22,393 nucleotides of DNA from an uncultured virus (IMG/VR IMGVR_UViG_3300021976_000009). Its lineage: Duplodnaviria; Heunggongvirae; Uroviricota; Caudoviricetes. Below the pieces are notes generated by a model. It was not told the origin of the DNA. It saw only the letters and a list, made by a program, of their open reading frames with translations, and searched no databases. The stretch lies in the IMG/VR virus record IMGVR_UViG_3300021976_000009; one strand, given 5' to 3'. Below, piece by piece: positions 15,635 through 22,393 of the stretch (position 1 is the stretch's first letter; every line of letters starts with the position of its first letter). The position numbers and the translations under genes were made by a program.

Positions 15635-15790
15635 ATGCAAATTGATTGGACTGAGAAAGCAATCAAGGAATTAGATATCAATAAATTACCGGATTCATTG
15701 AAGGAGCCGGTCTCAAAACTGTTGCAGGATGCAATTGCAAAACGTAATGCAATCACAAGGAAAATCTATAATGCCGACACAAAATCTTGA
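15635..15790 (+). CDS. 51-aa hypothetical protein (not in ORF track)
   Basis: GGAG upstream; MQIDWTEKAIKELDINKLPDSLK. Confidence 0.55.
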   Translation: MQIDWTEKAIKELDINKLPDSLKEPVSKLLQDAIAKRNAITRKIYNADTKS

Positions 15791-16652
15791 AATCAACATT
15801 GGTAATTTTTCCGTTAATCTCCTGAAACATTCCATCCAAGGGATGGGAAAGGAAGCGATCTCATTCCTGTTTACGTATGAGCGTTTCATACATGCTGAAG
15901 TAATGACTCATCGCTGGAGCCGAAACTACTCAAGTAGTCGTGCCATTCCATATAGGGATATGCAGAAGTGGATCAAAGGTGATCCGGCCCTTCCTCTCCA
16001 TATGGGAAAGAACAAGGGTGGGATGCAATCAGGCGAATTGGTACAGGAACATGAGGCATTCAAGAAATCTCTATTAGATTTTTACGATCATACCAGAGGA
16101 TGGTGTGACGGCTTGATCGAACGATTCGATCCGCACAAAGAAATCATTAATCGTTATACGGAACCTTGGGGGTGGATCACCGGAATCATGACCACTGGTC
16201 GCCGCCAACTTATGAATATGTTCAACCTTCGGATAAGTCCGATGGCTCACCCTAATATTCAAAGGTTAGCGGTGGCTATGGCCCGGCTCTATCGTCACTC
16301 TATTCCTCAAGTTTTGCAACCGGGTGAGTGGCACTTACCATTTGTATCAGATGTTAAAGGAACAGCTAATAATATTAGCTGGTCAGTGGCTAGAAGTGCA
16401 TGGTGTTCATATAACAATCCAACAAAGGATGCCACTTTGGAAAGGGCAAAGAAACGTCACGCCGATTGTATAGATTTCAAGCATGCCACTCCATTGGAAC
16501 ATCAGCTTGAAGCTCGGGCAGATAGGGCTCACACGGGATTAGTCCCGGGATATAATTCCTATCGTTCTATGATCCCTCAGGAGTGTGCCAGTGAATTTGA
16601 CTTTGGTATATTGGATAGAGAGTACAAGGATAGATGGTACGTGGTCAACTAA
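15771..16652 (+). CDS. thyX: Flavin-dependent thymidylate synthase (phage type)
   Basis: RFIHAEVMTHRWSRNYSSSRAIP (ThyX motif variant), FNLR....AHP.IQ.LA, WHLPF, SVARSA..SY, HATPLEHQ. Confidence 0.9.
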   Translation: MPTQNLEINIGNFSVNLLKHSIQGMGKEAISFLFTYERFIHAEVMTHRWSRNYSSSRAIPYRDMQKWIKGDPALPLHMGKNKGGMQSGELVQEHEAFKKSLLDFYDHTRGWCDGLIERFDPHKEIINRYTEPWGWITGIMTTGRRQLMNMFNLRISPMAHPNIQRLAVAMARLYRHSIPQVLQPGEWHLPFVSDVKGTANNISWSVARSAWCSYNNPTKDATLERAKKRHADCIDFKHATPLEHQLEARADRAHTGLVPGYNSYRSMIPQECASEFDFGILDREYKDRWYVVN

Positions 16653-16676
16653 TCTAATAGAAACGGAGAGAAAATA

Positions 16677-17096
16677 ATGGATGACAGCGCCCTCGGACTG
16701 TACAACAAGTATAGGATTTACGTTCCTGCTACATATGAGGGCGATGTTCATAACTATGATCTATGTGAATTTTTCGTTCTTGATCTTAACCATGATTGTT
16801 ATGCCTTTACCGCATTGTCAGCTTATGTTGAAGAGTGGCAAAAGGATCATCCCGAGACCCATTTCTTTCCAACAGTTCAACCTACTTTTAGAGTAGAGAG
16901 GACACGCCCATCAGCGAAACATAAAAACTGTCAATATTTCGTTCTGGACACATGCCATGATCGTTACGCCATTGCGGCACTCCGTTGTTATAAGTGGCTT
17001 TGTTTAGAAAGCGATCCCATGTTAGCGAATGACTTGATCCAGTTAATCAATCGGCACGAAGGAAAGTACAATGAGCACTGCAACGCGAAAAATTGA
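16677..17096 (+). CDS. Phage hypothetical protein with internally duplicated domain
   Basis: CEFFVLDLNHDCYAFTALSAY and CQYFVLDTCHDRYAIAALRCY. Confidence 0.75.
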   Translation: MDDSALGLYNKYRIYVPATYEGDVHNYDLCEFFVLDLNHDCYAFTALSAYVEEWQKDHPETHFFPTVQPTFRVERTRPSAKHKNCQYFVLDTCHDRYAIAALRCYKWLCLESDPMLANDLIQLINRHEGKYNEHCNAKN

Positions 17097-17298
17097 CATA
17101 GAGCTATTGAAACGGCTTTACGATGAGCAGGGATTGACAGTGGATATGCTACCTCATAGTGAACAGGAGAGACGTATCGTGGAAAGTTACAACGCTCTCA
17201 AAAATGATCATGTTACAGAACGGGAAGTCTACATCGCTTTGATGAATTTGCGAAAGCGGTCACAACTAAAGAGAAAACCATACTCCCGTGGAGGTTAG
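17071..17298 (+). CDS. Small helical, probably DNA-binding protein
   Basis: LY...G.TVD.LP.S....EVY.ALMNLRK...L; basic C-terminus. Confidence 0.65.
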   Translation: MSTATRKIDIELLKRLYDEQGLTVDMLPHSEQERRIVESYNALKNDHVTEREVYIALMNLRKRSQLKRKPYSRGG

Positions 17299-17302
17299 TT
17301 GT

Positions 17303-17743
17303 ATGTACATATTTGCTGTGGACAAGGGCGTTATTGTTCTCAATTTGATGGATGAGAAACGCGAACGCCATGAATTTGACACTTTAACGGAGGCTAAAGC
17401 CTGGCTTGGTGATAAGGAAATCATATTCGCTGGTAGATTTTTCGCTGGAAGTCTTTATCTGTTGCCGTTCGATGACCATTTGCCAACTCTAAAAGAGTGC
17501 GTAGCTCGTAGTGGGCATAAAAATGGCCCATTGGGCGATGCTCACAGCTTGCTAGATGTCGTCGAGGCTAGGATGTGTCTTGTTACTGATACCTATAACG
17601 GGGGTCTTTATTCAATTGTTGATGATAATCTCAATGATTTGGAAACTGGAGCATGCTTTGTCCTGTTCCGGAACAAGGCAGGACATGGTTATATCTGTCG
17701 GCGGGAGTTATTCAATGAGCGATTTAGCTCTTTAGCTCTTTAG
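17303..17743 (+). CDS. Hypothetical protein
   Basis: GGAGG before ATG 17303. Confidence 0.7.
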   Translation: MYIFAVDKGVIVLNLMDEKRERHEFDTLTEAKAWLGDKEIIFAGRFFAGSLYLLPFDDHLPTLKECVARSGHKNGPLGDAHSLLDVVEARMCLVTDTYNGGLYSIVDDNLNDLETGACFVLFRNKAGHGYICRRELFNERFSSLAL

Positions 17744-17773
17744 GAGCCTAATTCCTCTATTAGAGAGGGTGAA

Positions 17774-17944
17774 ATGATCAATTTCAACGTAAATTATGAC
17801 GGTGTGAAAAAGAAACTTCTCATTTTCATTGGTGAAAGTGAATTAGAGGAGAAAATAACCAAAGTTACATCGTTTTACGTCACTCCAGACGATGCACGTT
17901 TGCTAATTGACAAGATACTTAGTGCCATTCCCAAAGGAAAGTGA
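17774..17944 (+). CDS. 56-aa hypothetical protein (not in ORF track)
   Basis: TCTATTAGA-GAGGGTG leader; MINFNVNYDGVKKKLLIFIG. Confidence 0.65.
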   Translation: MINFNVNYDGVKKKLLIFIGESELEEKITKVTSFYVTPDDARLLIDKILSAIPKGK

Positions 17945-17951
17945 GATTTCA

Positions 17952-18251
17952 ATGGTCGCGAAAGCAAAAGAAATCAATCGAGTTGCGGAAATTCTTGAGC
18001 GAACCCGGAAATTATCAGGAGATTTGACAGTAGAAGAGATGTTATTTCTTGAAATTGAGTTTCAGTGCACCGCAGCCTATGATTTAATGAAGGGAATTCT
18101 CACAATAGTGAAAGATCATATGTTCACGGAAAACGAATGGGCTCTCATTGATGATATTCTCGGTGATAATATAGTAGATTTCAACCGCAATGCACTTTAC
18201 AAGAGGACTGCTCTCGTCTGTTTGACGAAAATTGCAGTGGAAAGAGCCTAA
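17952..18251 (+). CDS. Hypothetical protein
   Basis: GGAAAGTGAG before ATG 17952. Confidence 0.65.
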   Translation: MVAKAKEINRVAEILERTRKLSGDLTVEEMLFLEIEFQCTAAYDLMKGILTIVKDHMFTENEWALIDDILGDNIVDFNRNALYKRTALVCLTKIAVERA

Positions 18252-18284
18252 TTTAGGGTTGACTAATCGAGAAAGGGCCGTATA

Positions 18285-18866
18285 ATGTGGTATAAGCGAA
18301 GTGATGATAGAGCAATTCAACCTCGGAGAGCCCATCCATACGATGCCGGATTGGACCTTTTCGCACTGGAGGACGTTCACGTCCGTCCTGGCGAGGTCCT
18401 ACGGGTACGTACAGGTATTCATATCGCCAATTATCCTACTTCGGTAGCGTTATATTGGGATAAAAGTGGCAGAGCATCCCACGGTCTTACTATCTTGGGT
18501 GGTTGCATTGATGGTCCCTATCGTGGAGAATTGGAAATTGTCGTCGCCAACGTCAATATTCGCTCGACATTGGACTTTTTACAATTTCAAATAGAAAATC
18601 TAGTAGAGCATAGGAGCATTCCCTTAGATCGTTATGAATTTATGCTACAAAAAGTAGTAACAGCTACAGTGACAGTCCCTTACGGGAAGGCATTGACTCA
18701 GGTTTTGGTAGTAAATAGTGTCATTAACGAAAGTGATGATGCTGTACATGATCAAATTCCTGGGTTAGACTTCCCCGAGTTAAATGAACTTTCACCAAAT
18801 CAATTCGATGAGCTTTTCGGAAAGACTCTGAGAGGAGAAAAAGGCTTTAGTTCCAGTGATCAATGA
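18285..18866 (+). CDS. dut: Trimeric dUTPase with insertions
   Basis: DAGLDL (I), KSG (II), GCIDGPYRGE (III), LTQVL (IV), RGEKGFSSS (V). Confidence 0.92.
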   Translation: MWYKRSDDRAIQPRRAHPYDAGLDLFALEDVHVRPGEVLRVRTGIHIANYPTSVALYWDKSGRASHGLTILGGCIDGPYRGELEIVVANVNIRSTLDFLQFQIENLVEHRSIPLDRYEFMLQKVVTATVTVPYGKALTQVLVVNSVINESDDAVHDQIPGLDFPELNELSPNQFDELFGKTLRGEKGFSSSDQ

Positions 18867-18968
18867 TCCAAATAAGTAAGGTTGAACTCACCTGTTACCT
18901 ATCCGATGTTCGGATGGTACTCAAGGGTTTCTAACCAGAGGTAGTGATTTAACGATCACTAAAGCTAA

Positions 18969-19532
18969 GTGAAATTCGCTAAGGTCCTGAATCACGCTCG
19001 TCCTCCGGTTCGACTCAATCCGAATGATCCCGGCCTGACCATCTTCAGTGCCGAGGACTTCAAAGTCGAACATGGAGAAGTCCATGCCTATCGTACCGGA
19101 GTAGTGTTAGACGTTCCCGAAGGCTATTTGGGAATGTTCGTCGAAACCCAGAGCATGGGTTTCAAGGGCGTTACTGTCGCTGGAGGCGTTCTCTCGCCCA
19201 ATGACATTTCCGAGGTCAGGGTGGCTTTGATCAACTCTCATAGAGAAGCGTATGAGATCAAATCGGGAATGCCATTGGCCCAGATCATCCTTCTGAAGAA
19301 CGATGACAAGGATGATGACGCCGAAGAGGTTGATCGGGAAGAACTGACTGAGGAACTTCAGAAGCGGCGTGACGCTGCCATGAAGGAACAGAAGGTTCGT
19401 TCGGCCAAGCGTGGCGTTGACGCTGCCAAAGAAAACCTCGAACTCGCTGAAAAGAAGGCCAAGGGTGTGACCACTGAAGGTGGCAGGCCCAAGCCAAACC
19501 CGGTTCCCCCGTCCAATCCCCCGAAGCCTTGA
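18969..19532 (+). CDS. Degenerate dUTPase-fold protein with coiled-coil and Pro-rich tail
   Basis: DPGLTI, RTGV..DVPEGY.G, GGVLSPNDISE, LAQI; catalytic motifs altered, motif V absent. Confidence 0.8.
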   Translation: MKFAKVLNHARPPVRLNPNDPGLTIFSAEDFKVEHGEVHAYRTGVVLDVPEGYLGMFVETQSMGFKGVTVAGGVLSPNDISEVRVALINSHREAYEIKSGMPLAQIILLKNDDKDDDAEEVDREELTEELQKRRDAAMKEQKVRSAKRGVDAAKENLELAEKKAKGVTTEGGRPKPNPVPPSNPPKP

Positions 19533-19536
19533 CCTG

Positions 19537-19573
19537 AAAGGGAGCAAACTCTATTAGAGTTTGCTCCCTTTTT
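19537..19573 (+). terminator. Intrinsic terminator centred on TCTATTAGA
   Basis: AAAGGGAGCAAACTCTA-T-TAGAGTTTGCTCCCTTTTT. Confidence 0.8.
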
Positions 19574-19602
19574 GACGTTCCCATAGCTTGAAAGGACAGG
19601 AA

Positions 19603-19788
19603 ATGGACGAAAAGAAGGACAAGAAAACCCCTGATAAGGGTCAAAAACCTGATGTTCCGGGCGTGGATGTGCCGGATGCTGACGGCGATCAGGAAACTCT
19701 CGATCCGAAATACGCAGAGCCCAAAGGGACAAAGCATTCGGATCAGTTCAATACCCAATTTCCCGGCGAGAAAACCGTCCGGAGATAA
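19603..19788 (+). CDS. Small charged disordered protein
   Basis: GAAAGGACAGGA RBS. Confidence 0.55.
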   Translation: MDEKKDKKTPDKGQKPDVPGVDVPDADGDQETLDPKYAEPKGTKHSDQFNTQFPGEKTVRR

Positions 19789-19883
19789 CTCAGCATTGAT
19801 GAGAAAACCGTCCAGAGGTAACCCGCCAACAGGGAATGGGGCAGCGTCAGCTTACCAGTACGATCTAGCAAGGAGATGGAACG

Positions 19884-20033
19884 ATGAAAAAGGCAGGCAG
19901 CGGCATCCCGAAGATGACGAACAAGGGCATTGTCAACGGGAGCAAGGCCCAGAACAAGGGCGGCACACCGATGAAGGCTGGAACGAACCAGATGGTCGGT
20001 AAGACGGCCACCAGGATCACCAAGGTTCGGTAA
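19884..20033 (+). CDS. 49-aa basic Lys/Gly-rich peptide (not in ORF track)
   Basis: AAGGAG RBS; MKKAGSGIPKMTNKG...TATRITKVR; no acidic residues; followed by terminator. Confidence 0.6.
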   Translation: MKKAGSGIPKMTNKGIVNGSKAQNKGGTPMKAGTNQMVGKTATRITKVR

Positions 20034-20059
20034 CTCATGTTCGCAAGAGTTGCTTAACG

Positions 20060-20100
20060 AAGCCCGCCATTTGCACACGCGAATGGCGGGCTTATTTTAT
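20060..20100 (+). terminator. Intrinsic terminator ending the gene run
   Basis: AAGCCCGCCATT...AATGGCGGGCTT then ATTTTAT. Confidence 0.85.
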
Positions 20101-20275
20101 GTTACTTTTTACCCTGGATTCGAGGGCGTTAGAACACAGTTTAATCTAATAGAGTTTCTTGCGTCCGCGTAGCTGTAATAGAATCTCTTGTACTTTGCTT
20201 CTTAGTAGCTTAGCGTGTTTTGCGAAACGCCGTAAATCACGATCTCAAAAAAGGCATTTAGCAGCATATATTTGG

Positions 20276-20772
20276 CACGTTTTTTGGGCCAAATTTGTGC
20301 CACGCTCTAGGAGGCCGGTAGAGCCACGGGAAGGGCTTTGGCATGGATCGTTCCTTTCGCTGCTCGCGCGTGCTTGCGCTACCCCTTCACGGCAATGCGC
20401 TACCCCATTGCGTGACATGGGAGCGGGCTGGCCAGGCTGGGAATGGGGCCATTTGCATGAACATTTGGATACGCTTTACGCAAGTCCTTACCCCGTCAGG
20501 GTTTGCAATACTAATAACGTTAGCTCGTATACCTTCTTACAATATCTTATTACTATTACTACTATTTCCATACAAAGAATGGTGAAAAGCATTAGAGTTA
20601 AGCATTGGAAACCCTTACAGGGTAACGACTTTGTGTCATATAAACAAACACAGTTGTTATAGGATCTAACCAATAAATTAGTTATATCCCCCAAATTATA
20701 CTCGTTATCACACAATATTGTTGCAACGTGAATTTGGGTAGGTATTGGCACAATTTTGGCCCAGAAAACGTG
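20276..20772. repeat. 27-bp inverted repeat pair (20276-20302 / 20746-20772), 25/27 identical
   Basis: CACGTTTTTTGGGCCAAATTTGTGCCA vs revcomp CACGTTTTCTGGGCCAAAATTGTGCCA. Confidence 0.85.
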
Positions 20773-21125
20773 AAACTCTACATTGAAATAAAGCCTTTTC
20801 CCCAGATTCGCCATTCTAAAATCGCCATTTCAAAAACGGCATTTCGAAATTCTACATGAATATAGGATATTGCATACATGAATATAGTATATATAGATTA
20901 TAAATTTTACAAAATTTGGAGTAAAATAAAGTTACGGAGTTACCTACGGACACTAATATAAATTAATACACCACTGGTTACTTCGCTGCTCTTTTGTTAC
21001 ATGAATACGAATCAATATCTTACCCACTATATGGAATCAAATGTACAAAACGCTGTGTACTCTAATAGAGTAAAACTATATCTATACACAATGTGAGTAT
21101 AATATGTATCTATATAGATATACTT

Positions 21126-21213
21126 CTACCACCTACCCTACCCTACCACCTACCCTATCACCTACCCTACCACTTACCCCTGCCCACTTACCCCTGCCCA
21201 CTTACCCACCACC
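21126..21213 (-). repeat. C-rich short repeats (CCTAC / CCACTTACCCCTGC); G-quadruplex motif on the minus strand
   Basis: Minus strand contains GGGTAAGTGGGCAGGGGTAAGTGGGCAGGGG and GGGTA repeats. Confidence 0.85.
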
Positions 21214-21574
21214 ATGAAATCTGATAGAAAAAATGATCCACCCTGGTCGCAGACACGAGATATGAGCCAAAGGCCCTCAGAACATACCCCTTCCAAAGCC
21301 CTTTCTACAGGTACCCAAATTAAGCGCAAAATTTGAACATATGTTTATACGTTCACGCGTAGGGCTCTGGGTTTATTGACGTATGTTTATATGAACCGAA
21401 TTTTAGGCGTTTTTTCGGCACCCTAATTTTAGAGTTTTCGGCGAAAAGGCCAGTTGGACAGCCCGGTTTTGAAAAAATCTACTAGATTTTTCGAAAATTC
21501 GGAGGAAAAAAGTTCACTTGATGGTGTGGACGCACACTGTGTGAACGGGAAAACCGCCAAAAAAAGTTGGGCTG

Positions 21575-22135
21575 GCCCAACTTTTGGTTTTGGCCGCCCC
21601 CGACCCAAAGTTTTGGTCGCCCAAAATCTTTTTTTCGGTCGGCCCCTGCCCAAAGAAAATGTTTGGGCGACCGAAACCTTCGACCACCCAAACTTGAGGT
21701 TTTGGTCGCCCAAAATCTTTTTTGAGGGAGGCCCACGCCTAAAGAAAATGTTTGGGCGACCAAAACTTTGGACCACCCTCAACCCAAATCGAAAGTTTGG
21801 GCGACCGAAACTTTGGATCGCCCTCAACCCAAATCGAAAGTTTGGGCGGCCAAAAGTTTTGGTCGTCCAAAAATCTGATAGAGTTTTTGCCCTCCCGAAA
21901 CTTTGGACCACCCTCAACCCAAATCGAAAGTTTGGGCGGCCGAAACTTTGGACCACCCTCAACCCAAATCGAAAGTTTGGGCGACCGAAACTTTGGATCG
22001 CCCTCAACCCAAATCGAAAGTTTGGGCGACCGAAAGTTTTGGTCGTCCAAAAATCTGATAGAGTTTTTGCCCTCCCGAAACTTGAGGCCCGCCCCTCTCC
22101 AAATCGAAAATTTGGGCGGCCAAAACTTTTGGACG
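21575..22135. repeat. 45-bp higher-order tandem repeat rich in inverted motifs
   Basis: Units from 21760 at exact 45-bp period, order A1-A2-B-A1-A1-A2-B-C; diverged 90-bp dimers upstream; TTTGGGCGACC and its complement GGTCGCCCAAA. Confidence 0.92.
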
Positions 22136-22142
22136 GCCCATC

Positions 22143-22237
22143 CCAAATGGCCAAATGGCCAAATCGACCAAATGGCCAAAGTGCCAAAGTGCCAAAGTGC
22201 CAAAGTGCCAAATCGACCAAATGGCCAAATGACCAAA
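22143..22237. repeat. Octamer repeats (TGGCCAAA / GTGCCAAA)
   Basis: About 11 CCAAA-ending units, (GTGCCAAA)4 perfect. Confidence 0.92.
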
Positions 22238-22266
22238 TCTAATAGAGTCAGCTGCACTCATGCACG

Positions 22267-22393
22267 TCCTCTCATATGACCATCCTCTCATATGACCATC
22301 CTCTCATATGACCATCCTCTCATATGACCATCCTCTCATATGACCATCCTCTCATATGACCATCCTCTCATATGACCATCCTCTCATATGACC
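22267..22393. repeat. Perfect 16-bp tandem array (TCCTCTCATATGACCA) x ~8, truncated by window end
   Basis: Exact 16-bp period; internal palindrome TCATATGA. Confidence 0.97.

Noticed and set aside
18259..18286. TTGACT-16-TATAAT promoter before dut
   Set aside because: The -10 overlaps the dut start codon, so the transcript would miss it; not supportable without TSS data
334..20078. Minus-strand and alternative-frame ORFs in the track
   Set aside because: They overlap well-supported, RBS-bearing, coupled + strand genes and show no motifs
20159..20814. ORFs 20159-20662, 20343-20585 and 20488-20814
   Set aside because: Downstream of the terminator, atypical composition, no RBS; the shared HVFWAK peptide only reflects the DNA inverted repeat
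21429..22291. Long ORFs in several frames over the repeat region
   Set aside because: Open on both strands because the units are multiples of 3 and lack stops; no RBS, non-ATG starts
21575..22393. CRISPR array
   Set aside because: No unique spacers; units are contiguous tandem repeats; no cas operon (the nuclease is a typical stand-alone phage exonuclease)
1..22393. Stop-codon recoding, DGR/retron, introns or inteins
   Set aside because: Core genes are uninterrupted in the standard code with all three stops used; no reverse transcriptase, intein or integrase motifs seen

Overview
Segment of a dsDNA bacteriophage genome, probably an early/replication arm running into a genome end or origin. 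About 55 mostly short, tightly packed genes lie on the + strand. Recognisable products: UvrD/Rep-family SF1 helicase, ATP-dependent DNA ligase, PD-(D/E)XK nuclease, ThyX, a dUTPase followed by a catalytically degenerate dUTPase paralogue, two separate ParB-like fragments and HicB-like proteins. No structural genes are present. The main unexplained structure is non-coding: (i) the palindrome TCTAWTAGA occurs about 29 times by manual count, between and inside genes; (ii) a repeated gene-leader cassette joins a CsrA/RsmA-type C-ANGGAY-G hairpin to that palindrome and a GAGAAAG Shine-Dalgarno-like element; (iii) a sigma70 promoter is enclosed by a perfect 33-bp inverted repeat; (iv) two D-arm-less tRNA-like RNAs are followed by a pseudoknot-rich structured region; (v) the last ~2.3 kb is non-coding, with a G-quadruplex-type tract, a 45-bp higher-order repeat, octamer repeats and a 16-bp tandem array that runs off the end. 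A Planctomycetota host is a tentative inference. All calls come from manual reading; no searches were run.
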